A stretch of DNA of 64,000 bases, taken from positions 1,174,066 through 1,238,065 of the forward strand of contig JAQGDQ010000011.1 in NCBI GenBank assembly GCA_030141605.1, given 5' to 3'. This DNA comes from Tubiluchus corallicola. Lineage: Eukaryota > Animalia > Priapulida. Positions 12,222-25,483 of this stretch are shown in pieces. The first letter of the stretch is position 1; each line of letters opens with the position of its first letter. The position numbers were made by a program, and so were the translations under genes. The notes under the pieces are model-generated. The model was not told the DNA's origin. It made no database searches and saw nothing but the letters and a program-made list of their open reading frames with translations.

Positions 12222-12543
12222 CGGTCCGTTCAAACTAGCGAGCTTTCCCGCGAAGAAAATCGCTAGGTAACTCGCAAACGTGTTCAGATTGGAGAGCAAA
12301 GTTGCTGTGAGTTACTAGCTGATAATAAGCGCGAGCTGACACTCACTCCTCGATTCGCTGTGAGAAGTGTCGAGAGTAACTCGCCGACGCGTTTCACACT
12401 AGACAGTCAACTCGCAGCACATGTTGGAGAGTTGTTAATTTAAAATTCTACAAACTCCCGACAATAACTCGCAAAGGACTTCACATTTGAGAATTTGTTG
12501 TCTGAGAGAAAACTCGCGACGGAAAACTCGCTAGTCTGAACCG
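12222..12543 (+). mobile_element. PIF/Harbinger-like MITE family F
   Basis: TIRs cggtccgttcaaactagcgag / ctcgctagtctgaaccg flanked by TAA/TTA; second copy inverted at 60519-60822. Confidence 0.7.
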
Positions 12544-13094
12544 TTAACGCACTGCAAACACTTATTACGCGCGTTTCTGAGTCCGCTTATGAATATACTC
12601 AAAGTTAGAACTTCCACTGAGTTCAAAAATCATCCAATACGGGTAGATAATTGAAACCATTGATGCCGCTAACACTGCAGCAATGGAAATCGCCGTCCTT
12701 GAAGTTTGTTTTAGTTTTAAAGGGTCAATAAGAAAATATAATATTAGTAGCGCCGACGCGTCGGCTTTTTGCATCACAAAGAAAGAAATTGCAGGGAACT
12801 TTGCTTTCATCTGACAGAACAACATTTGTGACTGTCTGGCTGTGTCGACTGCAGTTGTTACGTTATGTTTTAAATATACTTATGTTTTCATAAGCAGAAG
12901 CTAAAGTTTGTGCAGATGGTTTGCGGTTCCTTTATACAAATATTCAGCTGGTCTCAAAAATTCGCAGACGTATTGCTGATACTGGTATTAGTAATAGCCT
13001 GTATGATTTTAACTGTGCACTGAAGCCTCTGGCTGTTATATGCTTCTTACATGTGTGAGAACTAGGAAGTTAGATAGAAAAGGATGTATTACAA

Positions 13095-13860
13095 ATAGTC
13101 CACAAGACCTTTCAAAAGGCTCACATCTAAAAGAATAACATTCAAAACACTGAACTCTGTCCACACGATCAGTTTTCACTCACAGTTACTTTGCGCACAG
13201 ATCTTTGTTGTAGGTGGTGTTTCTCTTCGTTTCTGGAATAGGGCCAAAACGGCTTGCACGAAAACGGGCTTTCTTTTATCATGTGCTGCAAAGGGAAAGC
13301 AAAATAAAAAAAAGAACTTATGCAAAGAAATGAAACAATAACTTATTGTCAAATATTTTGGGAATTAAAAGCAGAAATGCAAATTAGTTATAAACACCAT
13401 GCATATACGATTATTGGACAATTTTCAAATCTAAATAATGCAAAAAGAATAGATTGTCAAGGCGTCATAGCTTGTGCATTTGCACGTAAGTGGCTGCAGT
13501 GCGAGCGCAAGTTCCTGTGAATTTCCCTGTACAAGTCTCTAAACTTATGCACAGTCTCACTCACGGAAATTTACTCATTACATTTACAGAATATAATTTA
13601 TACAGTTGTTTTTTGTTACTAATTCGTTGTTTCTTAGCGACAGCGCGGGGTTTACGCACCAGCTATAGATGAGCTCTGCTAGCTGAGTCTCCGCGCGCAT
13701 TATTATTGGCTGTTCATTCCGAGAATGACGACACTGCCAAAAATCAAGACCAGGGTAATTTCGTCAAATTTGAATAGCATTCATTATCGTTCTCGGCGTC
13801 CACATTGTACTTCAGCACTGACAAACTAAACCTTTGCAACCCAATAAACTACAAGACGTA
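13095..13860 (+). mobile_element. dispersed repeat family D (Harbinger-like end)
   Basis: Collinear similarity to 16644-17090 (attcaaaacactgaactctgtc; ttattattggctg..gagaatgacga). Confidence 0.65.
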
Positions 13861-14159
13861 CTGATGTAGTTAAAAATAACTTTATATTTTAATAACAGCC
13901 AATGTTTCTGCCGGCCCACCTTTCAAGGGTTTAGCAAAGCTTTATGTGACCCATTCATTAACTGATCAAAACCAAGTTTGTTTAACTGCTGCCAGCTAAA
14001 GTATTACGATTTTTAAATGTAGACTATGCAGTTAAGACATCACATCTATTAACACTCGGTGGTTCTATGTTTGGCGTGAGTTCGTATCATTATGAGTCGG
14101 TATTTGTAGCTATGCGTCTAAACAGCAGGTCTGTTGATACCGCAAATAACTAAAAGCTC

Positions 14160-14275
14160 TCTGCTTTGATGCTAACTAAATAGTTTAATGCTATGGCACG
14201 TAAAAGAAGGGCTCGGGTTTGAATCTTGACACTGTTCACAAAATTTTCGCAGCCCTTCTTTTCTAAATCATGAAT
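14160..14275 (+). mobile_element. tRNA-derived SINE fragment
   Basis: B-box gggtttgaatc followed by aaattttcgcagcccttcttttctaaatc, shared with 11590-11620. Confidence 0.55.
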
Positions 14276-14828
14276 CCACAGATTTATATAAAAAATTAAC
14301 ATTTTCATTAATTTTCAACTTTGTGGGCATTTGTCGTTTTAATAATTTCCTTTTTCAGCATTCGAAAAATTATTATTGGTCCATGAATTTCAGTAAATTC
14401 TGCTGCGGATTCTACAAAAGCCAACGCTGCAAGAGGAGGTTATAATGATTAGGCAGGCAGAGCTCAAACAGGCTTCCCAAATACCGCTTTTCAGTAAACA
14501 CATTAAAGGGCTTCGGTGCACAGACGGCTGGTTTTCATTACGTACACGTCGACCCATTAGCACACACAGAGACCATCACCCGGCTAAGAGATGTTGCCAG
14601 TTCAGGAGAAACAGTTTCGTTTGCATATTGGCATGTTTTGGCAACGTGTGTCGACCGTCAGATTGTGCTAATTCTCATCTCTGCATACCATTCATTACGT
14701 CGGCTTCAGTCAAACGCATTGCAGGGTGGGCGCACGCAGAGGCATAAGGATGTGAGGTGGGTAGTGTTTGGCCATGAGTACAGGGAAGTAGTAGGACGTG
14801 ATGTCACCAGTGGCAAGTTTGTACCGAA

Positions 14829-15405
14829 GAGCAGAGGGTAGCAAATAGCAGAGGGTAGTAAAAAGCATCGGATAACAAACAGCAGAGGGTAGCAAACAGC
14901 AGAGGGTAGCAAACAGCAGAGGGTAGCAAAGAGCAAAGGGTAGCAAAAAGTAGAGGGTAGCAAAGACCAAAGGGTAGCAAACAACAGAGGGTAGCAAAAA
15001 GCATCGGATAGCAAACAGCAGAGGGTAGCAAAGAGCAAAGGGTAGCTAAAAGTAGAGGGTGACAAGGAGCAGAGGGTAGCAGAGAGCAGAAGGTAGTAAA
15101 GAGCAAAGAGTAGCAAAGAGTAGAGGGTAGCAAACAGCAGATTGTAACAAAGAGGAGAGGGTAGTAAACAGCTATGTGTAGCTGAGAGCAGAGGATAGCA
15201 AAGAAGAGTAGATAGCAGAGAGCAAAGGGTAACAAAGAGCAGAGGGTAGCAAAGAGGAGAGGGTAGAAAATAGCAAAGTGCAGCTGAGAGCAAAGAGGAG
15301 TAGGTAGCAGAGCGCAGAGGGTAGCAAAGAGGAGTGGGTAGCAGAGAGCAGAGGGTAGCAAAGAGGAATAGCCAGCAGAGAGCAGAGGGTAGCAAAGAGC
15401 AGTGG
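14829..15405. repeat. 17-bp minisatellite (AGCAGAGGGTAGCAAAG)n, ~34 units
   Basis: Direct tandem repeats; source of the spurious LCYPLLFAT ORFs. Confidence 0.95.
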
Positions 15406-15479
15406 GTGGCACACAATTACAAGTAAGGCATTTTTTTACAAAAACATAGAAATAAGAACAGCAATTAAACTTGTGCAAA

Positions 15480-15950
15480 AGAAATTACAGCAATCTAGTT
15501 AAATTCTGACATTATAACAATAGCAAACTACTCTCAATTGTTTAATTCCTTTGATTTACTAGTTGAGAAAAGCTGTTCGTACTTTAAAGTATTATGCCTC
15601 CTGCAATAATATGCTTTAGTATACACTTTTCTGGCATGTTGGAAATACATGCACTTAAACACATAGTGAATTCATCATCCTGCTCTTGCATGTTACACAG
15701 ATTACACATTCTCCTATTAATAATGAATCGACTGCGTCAAATTTAAATTTGTCAGTAGAAATGGTTAGTTTATGACTGCCCAGCTTTACTTAGAAAAACT
15801 TGTTCTTTTGGTGTAATCCATTATACTCAAATACGTTTAAAATTTTAAGTCAATCTTTATAATTCTGTAGATACAACATAATCGGTTGGTATCAACTTCA
15901 TTGCTCCAATTCTGCTTAAATATATCTTTCTGCTTTAAATCTAAGGATAA
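15480..15950 (-). mobile_element. RTE-X-like LINE 3' end remnant
   Basis: Minus strand, with frameshifts, reads GSHKLTIST..RRMCNLCNMQEQDDEF(H)YVFKCMYFQHARKVYTKAYY, the CCHC C-terminal pattern of this LINE type. Confidence 0.65.
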
Positions 15951-16643
15951 CTTTAAAGAGAATAGAGTTTTGCAGAGAATAGAATTTTTCAAAGGGTAGA
16001 GTGTTGCAGAGAACAGATTTTTTCAGAGAACGGTTTGTAGATAATAGAATTTTGCAGAGACTTTTGCAGAGAACAACGATTTGCAAAGATGAGTTTTTGC
16101 AGGAGTTATGTTGTTATATATTGTTATCGATTTGTCTTTGCGTTTTGACTGACAGCTTGAAACTTGAAAGATAAAAATTGTACATAGAGGGTAGAAAACT
16201 AGAATTTCAGTGTGTCAAGTGCCTATAATCGTGCACCACTCGAAACTTGTTTTAGGAATCGACGAAAGCTCCCAGTGTCGACAGCACGTTTGTAAACTTG
16301 AACTTTCTGATGATCGCTACTTTTAAAACACGAAAAGTAGTCACTAAATCTGTTTTCAGGCGAAAACACTAATTAGTCAATCAAGAATTATTGATTTTTA
16401 GTTGCCATGCTGTGCCCAATGCTAATTATTTTTCCCTGAAGTAAACGTTTTTACAAAACCATGTCACTGTGTATAAAAATACAGAGTAAAGGGTCCTCAA
16501 TAGAAACAAAATTCTATTTAACAGATCTGAAGCTACTGTATATCAATGTATATAAACAATGCAAACAGAAACAGCTACTGAGCAAAACTGCCTCTCTAAT
16601 AAACAGTGAGATGTGGAGAAGAATAAGATTCCGGCTAAGAGAC

Positions 16644-17090
16644 GTCTAACGCCTAGTCCACACGGTCCTTTAAAAGAATGACATTCAAAACACTGAACTC
16701 TGTCTATTTTCACTGTTTTCACTAACAGTTACTTTACGCATAACTATTTGTTGAATGAGTGTTCTCAAACTTCACTTCTGAAGTAGTGCAAAACGTCTTG
16801 TATATATCTATAAAACTTACACAAAGTCAACCACGGAAATGTCTACACTCACTCACTTACAAAATATGACTTATGCAGTCAATTTTTGTTACTACTTCAT
16901 CGTTTTAGTGACAGCTTGTCGTTTATAATAGTAGATGTCCTTTTCTGGCTGAGTCGCCAGCGCGTATTATTATTGGCTGCTCATTTCGAGAATGACGATC
17001 GACGCTGTCAAAAATCAGGCCCAGCTTGATATCGTAAAACTTAAATGATGTTCAAATTTCACCATCATTCTCGGCGCCAACGCGATCCTT
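16644..17090 (+). mobile_element. family D copy
   Basis: Begins TAA-CGCCTAGTCCACACGG; homologous to 13095-13860. Confidence 0.7.
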
Positions 17091-18014
17091 CAACTTACAG
17101 TTGTCGGATACTGACAGTGTCTTGAATGATCGTGTGGACGGCTAATAACAGAGAAAATACGGACAGAAATACGTGTTGTAGACAGAAGAAATATCTAGTG
17201 TACAGATGCCATGCGAACTGAAACAACTTCTGGTCAAAAAAATCGAATGGACTGAAACAATGAGGAAGTTCAAAGAAGCAGTTTGGAAGGTAACAGCAAT
17301 AACGGAAAGATAACGAAGACAAAACAGTTTTGATAGACACTTACACTGTGTTGGATGCTGCCAAAAGAAGGTGGTTTGCACTTCAATATATCTGCCGGCC
17401 CAGCTTGCTATTGGCTTACGTGGAAATAGTAGTATTTTTCTACTCTAATTTGTTTAGTCGAGCCAATCGGGTCAACAAAGATATCTTTTTTTAGCGTGTG
17501 ATAAATTGGGCTTCCTAAATCCTAATGATAACATAGTCTCAAGAAAGAGTGGAGATCTTCCTTTTTGAAATGAGAGTTACTTCATTTAACGATGAGATTA
17601 AGCATTAAAACCGCCAGTTTCAAAGATTTTGGTGTATTCGATATGGATACAGTAACTTCTTTATATGAATTGTAATTGTAACTGATCATTGAAAGAGTAG
17701 TTTTGATAATATAATTAAATTTTCTTGTGGTAGAAATACTGCCGCGTTCATTTTCTTGGTTTTTTTGTCTTGAGGTAGATGGTATTAATTTTTCAATTAA
17801 GCGTCAGGGTTTTGATGTTTAGATACACGGGGGAAGGATGACCCAAAAAAGTGTAGAGGATTTTTTACGACGAGGCTCTTGAAGCCCTCGGTTTATAATA
17901 TCGTAGGCTAGACTTGCAAAGAGATTGCATGTATACGTTTAAATATTTAAGTTCGCATTTCTTCACTCTTCAGCTCCATACACACTGTGTATTATGTTTT
18001 AACAGGAACCAATG

Positions 18015-18268
18015 TCTCAACAAAAAACGATTGCATAAATTAAATTTTGTAAGTCCATGAGTGCAGAAATGCCCACGAGTGACTTTGTGTAAGTTTTATA
18101 GACTTATACAAGCCATTTTGGCACTACTTCAGAAGTGAAGTTTGAGAACACTCATTCAACAAATAGTTATGCGCAAAATAACTGTTAGTAAAAACGGATC
18201 GTGTAGACAGAGTTCAGTGTTTTGAAAGTCATCATTTTGAAAAACCGTGTGGACTAGGCGTTAGATGC
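18015..18268 (-). mobile_element. family D copy, inverted relative to 16644
   Basis: Ends ccgtgtggactaggcg-TTA; reverse complement of 16644-16890. Confidence 0.75.
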
Positions 18269-18994
18269 CTGTCGGTGAAGAATTAATTCACTTTGGTTTA
18301 GGAAATTACTGAAATTGCGCACAAGCAAGGAAGAACCTTGTCATTTTTAAGACGCTTTCAAAATCCTATAGCAAAAAGGCAAATTTCTTGAAAACTCATT
18401 CACATTATATATGAGGCATAGTTTGATTGGAAGGACCAATAATTGTTTTTTTACTGGAAGCACTAATAATTCTTTGTGTGTTTGCAGTACATCCGGCCTA
18501 CCCTGTAATTCATATCCGCCTTCTCTTCCTCTCATAATTTTTACGTTAGCTACATGCAGTTTAGGTTTTGGTTGAAAGGAGCACGTAGTTTGTATAGGGG
18601 TGTAATAAAACTACGCGCTTTCTGCCTCAGCTGCATGCCGACTGTATCGTAAAACTTTTACGATTGAGTTTATGGCCCTCTGTCCTGGCAAGTATGCATT
18701 GCAATTAACTCGGGCTCCTGATGTCTTTTGCCGTCTCCGATCATAAAAACATGGTTAAACTTCGCGATCCTTTTAAAAAGAGGGCACCCGCATGAACACA
18801 TTATATTGTACATAAAATTTACTATAATATAAATTTTTATTTCTATATAGGAAGTTGGCATTACCTGGATGTTGGTGTGTTGCCTTTAAAACTGGCCTTA
18901 GGTAATGCGACACTCTTTGATCTTTTTTAGGCCGTGACTGTGACGATGTTTGGGTAGAGTAAATGGTAAAAAAAGGCGGAAGCAGCTGCGCGCG

Positions 18995-19582
18995 AGTGCA
19001 GGAGAGAGAGAGAGAGAGAAAGAACCAGGAAGAAAGAAAGAAAACGACAGAGTGTGAGAGGGAACTAGAGCGGGCGGAGAAAGAGAAACAAAAAAGACAG
19101 AAAGAGGGTGAGAGAAAGAAAGAGAGGAAGAAGTGGAGAGAGGGCACATAAAGTGAAGAGAGAAAGACAGGGGAGAGAGAAACAGAAAAGGATAGAAAAA
19201 AGGAGAAGGGAAAAAAGAGTGAAAGAAACGGAAAAGAGAGGAGAAAAAGAAAACAGAAAAAAGCAAGAGAAAGACAGAACTAGAGAGGGCAGAGATATAG
19301 AAACAGAAAAATACAGAGCGAGGGGAAAAGAAAAAGAAGAGAGAAAGAAGCACAAAAAGAGAGGCGAGAAATAAAACAGAGAAAGAAAAGGAGAGAGAGA
19401 GACTTTCTCCATGCAGGGCGGAGAGAGAAACAGAAAAAGACAGAAAAGGGTGAGAAGGAAAGAAAGAGAAAAATAAACGTAAACAGGGGGTGAGAAAGGG
19501 AAGAAATAGAGAGAAAGGGCGCTATAGAGGGAGGAAAGAAATACAAACAGCTAGAAGATGGGAAGAAAGAAAAAAGAGAAAA
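18995..19582. repeat. purine-rich (A/G) low-complexity tract
   Basis: About 590 bp almost entirely A/G with internal duplications (gggcggaga.agagaaaca.aaaagacagaaa). Confidence 0.95.
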
Positions 19583-20774
19583 TTATACCTAAACAAACCT
19601 ATGGATACGACCTGACAATTTGCCGAGGAAAACTCAGTAATTATAAAATGATTAATCAACGCGAGACATTCAATAATTACACATGAAAGACATTAATTAA
19701 ATGGAAACGGTGAAAAGTTCAGGCGATGATCACGTGCCATGTGATGGTTATTTACTGGCTTTTAAACTGGATCTCCATTTAACTATGATTTAGGAAAGAT
19801 CAATGTTTGTTTAACGTTTACCTTACCTAGCTGAACGTATTGTACGAGACGTCAATTTCATAATTTTTTTTCATAAAACGAAATGATTTTTTCACAGAAT
19901 AGAAATCTATTACTACTAACAGCTGTATATTTTCGAGTAGAATGTACTAAAAGCAATTAGGAACAGCTTAAGACTACGTTTAATGTTCGCAAATTATTGA
20001 TCGTTACGTAATTATGATTACGTAATAATCTTTGATAAAAAAAGGAGCAACACGCGTAACTCCTAGGTGTTTTAACAACTTTTACTTTTAAAATAAATTA
20101 ATCCGGAATGCGAAGCATTGGGTTATTTGCCTGTTTATTTTTTCCTGTCCAACTCACTGCATGTGTCGTTTAAAACTCTATTTAATATGGTAAGAATGTA
20201 ATATTGTGCCATTGTCGACATCATCTACTCAAAGAGCTTTTCCTAATGAAACAATAGCTGACCGTCGAGAAATCAGTCGTATATCGGACGGAAATAAATT
20301 TTTGGAAAAAGCAATCCGTGATGGCCACACTTCAAGGCATGACGATCAAGACAATGTAAAAACTCGGCTGAAATGATGGTAATAAGCTGCTGTTTATAGA
20401 TTAAATATACGTGCTTACAGTTGACACAGAACCCAAATTTTGATAAAAATGTAATACGAATCGTTCGCCTCACTGCGAGTAAATGACAAAGTTTTGTATT
20501 ACATGAACAAAAACTACGACACGGCGAGATAAGCAGCTCTGTAAAGTTATTCACAAGTTAGTAACCCCATAAAACATCCATAGGTAAAGAAAAGACAAGA
20601 AAAAACACAACTTTTCAATCCACCACTGAAAATTATCGTCAGATGAAAAATAAAAAAGCGTTTATTAAGAACACATAAAAGAAGATTAAAAATTTGTGTT
20701 TCACGTGTTCTTAATTTTCTCTTTATTTGTTATATTACCTGAAGATACTCTTCAGTGGTGGATTGAAATGTCGC

Positions 20775-21052
20775 ATTTTTCTTTCCTTTTCGTTTGTTTG
20801 CTTTTCTTTTCTTTCCTTTTTCCCATTCTTTTCCTTTCTTTTTCTTGATTTTCTCTTCTCTTCTCTTCTCTTCTCTTCTCTTCTCTTCTCTTCTCTTCTC
20901 TTCTCTTCTCTTCTCTCCTCTCCTCTCCTCTCCTCTCCTCTCCTCTCCTCTTCTCTTCTCTTCTCTTCTCTTCTCTTCTTTTCTTTTCTTTTCTTTTTGC
21001 TTTTCTTTTCTTTTCTTTTCTATTCTATTCTTTCCTTTTCTTTTCTTTTTTG
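20775..21052. repeat. (TTCTC)n/(TCCTC)n/(TTTTC)n pentanucleotide array
   Basis: Direct tandem repeats. Confidence 0.95.
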
Positions 21053-21090
21053 TTAATCGTTCTAATTCTTGTCACTAAGCATCAGTCCAG

Positions 21091-21685
21091 GGATCGGATT
21101 CACTAAGGCTCTTATGAACGAATTTATACGAACTATTTAACGCTACGCATGGATTCACTGAGCCAATCTTCGTAAAAATCTTCTTAAATTTGTTTGTAAC
21201 TTTGTGCAAGAACTAGAGCTTATACAATTTTGCAAAACAGAAACACAAAATAAACCTGTCTTAAACTTTGCAAGAGAGGCCTAGAGATGTTTTCTTGAGA
21301 GCAAGTTAGAATGACGCGTCTAGTATTAAGTAACCTACTACCTAGTGTTTATAATGTGCTCACAGAATCTGAGGTAGTATTTACATATGTGCCTCTAATA
21401 CTAAAATCTAATGAACGGTGCTGATAAAAGAGTCAAGAGAGTGTTATTTTCTACTATTGTGCTGTGATTACATATCAAAATCGGCGCCGAAGTAAACAAA
21501 CGCGCCGCGGACCCATGAAGATTTTTAGCAACGGCAGCGCAAAATGTTCTTACGAACAAAATAGATAAGACCTTTGTTCGAAGTTTTTCTGAATCGAACT
21601 TACGAAAGTTCGTACGAGCTTCTTAACTATTTGTGTACGAAATTTCTCAGGAACTTTCTTACGAACATTTTACTGAATCCTGCCC
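21091..21685. mobile_element. Harbinger-like MITE with CAG TSD
   Basis: CAG-GGATCGGATTCACTAA ... TTACTGAATCCTGCCC-CAG; subterminal TACGAA repeats. Confidence 0.75.
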
Positions 21686-22574
21686 CAGAGTTGTTATACA
21701 GTTATTATCTTAAGCTTCTATTGCAAAGTTGTGTCGGCTTTCAAAGAACGTAGTTTTTAGAGTCCGCTTAGCTTTAATCGTCCTAAGATTTTACCAATAA
21801 AGTGCACGTTTGTGCCTAGTCCACCAAAAAAGACTACTTTTGTAACTCGCAACTAGACTCCCAGAGTATTCCAAATGGAAAACAGACCTTGCCTTTTGCT
21901 CGAGTCTTTTATCAGCCGCAAATCCGTAATTTGAAATTATAATTATACATTAATGTAGTGTATAATTTCCACCCAGCAATGTATTGCCATCCCAATGTGC
22001 ACCGCTGGTATAATTATAATTTTATCGACAATTCTTTCAAACTTTGTCTATTGTTGCTAAGACCTTTAGATAGTTTTCTCGTGGAACTAACTCGACACCA
22101 GCAGCGCCAAATCCTCGCCTGCAACTACATCTCCATAATTACGTATAGCAAGTTTATGGTGATAAATCAAACTATGATAGCCACTCAATGACAAACTCGG
22201 TCGGTATGTCAAAAGATTTTAGTGGGCTGTAAAAGTCTAGTGCCGGTGACGGCAGTGAATGATGAATTGCCGTTACCGTGACAGGTCGATGAATACATGC
22301 AGAATCTTGCCTGCTTTTAAGATACTGTTTTTGATGTTCATTTCAGGGAAACCTGGATTGATTAATTCGGCGTCTTTGAAAGTGAGCATACAATGCATAC
22401 GCGGTTCTTTGTGATGCCTGGCAGAGAATATCTCAACCTGATTGATATGATTCGCATTACATACGTATGTTATAAACACGTAAATAAACAAATCAATGCT
22501 AAATACGCTGCAAATTAACAGATGCTGTGAGAATAGTGTTAAGGTATGACTACGCGAACTCACAAAGTTTTTTA

Positions 22575-22870
22575 TTCATTTTTCATTATCTTCGTTGCTA
22601 GTTGATTCATCCATTCGTTCGTTCGTTTGTTAATTCATTCATTCATACAAACATACATCGATTAGTTTATTCATACATTCTTTCATTTACGTATACATTC
22701 AATCATTCATTCATAAATGCATTCATTTACACACTCGTATATTTATTTATTTATTCATTTATTTATTTATTTATTTATACATATTCGTGCATGCGTACAT
22801 TTATTCACTCACCCATTCGTTCATTCTTTTTCCTTTCTTTCTTTCTTTCATTCACCCGAGAATTCATGTT
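22575..22870. repeat. degenerate (ATTC/ATTT)n microsatellite
   Basis: Tetranucleotide repeats. Confidence 0.85.
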
Positions 22871-23984
22871 TCTTCAATTATTGATGATATTTGAATGAAT
22901 ATCAGCCCTGAATTATGAAGACATGAGCAAACGAATGAGAAAAAATAAAGAAATGAGAAATAAATAGTTAAAGAGAGGAAGAGAAAAAATAAAGAAATGA
23001 GAAATAAATAGTTAAAGAGAGGAAGAAAGGAGAACAAAAGGAAGAATGGGAAACACACGGAAATAAGCAACAAAAAGAAACAATGATTGAGTTAACCAGT
23101 CAACCAACCAATTATCGGTCACATTAAAAATCATATAATCCCGCCACCTGTTGTCAAAAATATAACGAAGGAGCAAGATAACTAAAAATGTACGAAGGAT
23201 TTATTGTGGTTATGAATATCTTTCTAACTACAGAAAATTTTCTCTGACTTCAAGGTACTGCGCTGGGCAGCTGTTTTCCACCAACTTGACCAGCTGACCG
23301 TTGTCCAGAAATTACACTACGTCGAGTCATTAACTCGATACAGCAACCATTATGGTAGCCCGGCCCTGCTACTGATGATTGAATTGCGGTTTGTTTGTGT
23401 GGCTAATGTTAGAAGCGTCCCAAATGCCGGTCGTAAAGCGGTCGGCGGTGCGCCATAAAGTGGCGAATTCCTGAAGTCGCCGATGATGGCTACCGTGCAT
23501 CTTTAGAAATAAAAACAAAAGACTGTCTGTGTGTCTGTGCGTCGGTTAATAAACCTGACAAAACAAATAATTCCGCACAGCCGCAAACTGATTTATCATC
23601 GTCGCAAAAACTGAGAAAATTAAGGCGCCTAGGTCATAATTCTGTTCAAAAATTCAAGATGGCTGAGCGCATGCGCCATTAAGTTTCTTTTACGAAGTTT
23701 TAATTGTCATTATGGGAGGCAGTTTCAAGACGCCGCGTCATAAAAATGTTGATTTACGATTTGAAAGCAGGAATGCTGATCTCCAGTCGTAATCACCTCC
23801 ACACATGCATTTCTTCATAATGCTGATCTATGGTCGTAATCACTACCACCATCTGCACGTCTCTTCATTTTCAAAATAACAACGAAGGCCTGTCAGAGTT
23901 TAAAATTAATTTTAGTCTTGTACAATTTTTAATTGTAAGCTCCAACTCAACAAATTATAAGGACTTCTTTCTTTTCCTTCACCT

Positions 23985-24470
23985 TCTGTATGAGAGGAAA
24001 TGTTCGAATTTGCTTAAAGTGGAGGACAAGGGAATTTTATAATATACCCCAAAGAACTTTTCCAAAAAACTATACAAAGAGATATTACTTTATCATTACA
24101 CTTACTTGTTTGATAATTGAAAATTCTTAATAATTTCAAATGTTCGCGCCACCTAATAAAACGGCACTTCATCGCCTCCCCAGTGTGTACCTCTGCTTCA
24201 CCAAAAACACATTATTGATCTTATTTTGACAATATAACGTAAGTTAAACTTTTGCTTAGTTGTGAAGTGTTTGCTACGAATGCTCTCATTATTTTTTCAA
24301 ACTTTTTACAATGTTTGTTTCAAACTAAACTTGTTTCAAACGACTTACCGTTAAAATGGCTATGCCTAACGGTCAGTTTAAATTTACGTTTTATAAATTA
24401 AAGTTACTGCTAATACAAGCCCTGTATGTAAGAAAACAGAACGTTTCAAGATGAATCTTTAGTTTTGTGT
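23985..24470 (+). mobile_element. family C copy 3
   Basis: Family C core plus left part cccaaagaactttcc. Confidence 0.75.
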
Positions 24471-24924
24471 GTTCTTATCCTTTAGCACTTGACCTGTCGG
24501 TAAAGTAATCTTCTAGCAAGAGAATATAACGTTTTCAATGGTTCAACAAGTAGTCTAACTTGAAGCTGGTATGTGCTACCTATCGTGAACTAAAGGTGTT
24601 CTCGCGAAATCACAGACCAGATGAATATCAAGACTCCGTTTCCCAATGTTACAACTCGTTTCTGTCCTGCTAGACAAAAAATGTTCAAAAATTGATTACA
24701 ACGGTCGAGGTAAGCGTACATGAAAAAGGAAGAAATTGCAAAGAAATAAACATAATTTGTTGAGGAAAATTTGGGTTTTTTGTGAAACAATAAATTGAAA
24801 ATCATATGGAATTGAAGGAAATGAAATGCAGTTAACGCAAGATTCCTTTTGGACTGCGGGCTGCATTGCTGCCATAGCAGCATGTCTTTTACAAGCAACG
24901 TAATAGGTTCTTTTGGAGTTTTTT

Positions 24925-24965
24925 GTTAGTTTGCTTGTTTGTGTGTGTGTCTGTCTGTCTGTCTA

Positions 24966-25016
<51 letters not shown>

Positions 25017-25320
25017 GCCTGCATGCATGCATGCATGCATGCATGCATGTATGTATGTATGTATGTATGTATGTATGTATGTATGTATGTATGTATGTAT
25101 GTATGTATGTATGTATGTATGTATGTATGTATGTATGTATGTATGTTTATTTGTTTGTTTGTTTGTTTGCTCACTCGTCTATTTATTCATTTGTTTATTC
25201 ATTTATTAAATCGACTGTTGGTTTTTTAATCATTGTTTATTTATTCATTCACTTATTTTTTCAATCATTTAATGATTCATTCATCCATTCGTTAATTTAT
25301 CCGTCCATTCATTCATTCAA
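24925..25320. repeat. compound tetranucleotide array (GTCT)n-(GCAT)n-(GTAT)n-(GTTT)n-(ATTC)n
   Basis: Directly visible; source of several spurious ORFs. Confidence 0.97.
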
Positions 25321-25334
25321 TCGGAAGTCCTGCT

Positions 25335-25483
25335 GACAAGACACTACATAGCAGCGTCCAATTTTTTGCTGGATTACAGCTGTGTTTATCTATCACGAGG
25401 ACAGATTTCTTTTATTTTAGATTTCTGCCTACCCAGTGTCTACAACAGACGTAATGGGCATATGATGATGATGATGATGATGA
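25335..25483 (+). mobile_element. retroposon 3' tail ending in (GAT)n
   Basis: About 130 bp shared with 32158-32292 (ttttttgctggatta..gctgtgtttatct); both end catatgatga. Confidence 0.65.

Noticed and set aside
13880-13935. Penelope-type hammerhead variant on the minus strand (cccttgaaagg..gaaacattgg)
   Set aside because: Too degenerate; stem II does not pair convincingly.
14706-15478. 236-aa and 224-aa ORFs
   Set aside because: Translations of the 17-bp minisatellite.
17180-17290. Possible exon TEEISSVQMPCELKQLLVKK..VWK
   Set aside because: Weak acceptor, no recognisable homology, no partner exons.
17480-17800. LINE reverse transcriptase remnant on the minus strand (PKSLKLA..)
   Set aside because: Only a few residues match across several frameshifts.
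18773-21078. Phe/Ser/Leu- and Arg/Glu/Lys-rich ORFs
   Set aside because: Products of AG-rich and TTCTC repeats.
24913-25336. CLSV/CMYV repeat ORFs
   Set aside because: Tetranucleotide microsatellite translations.
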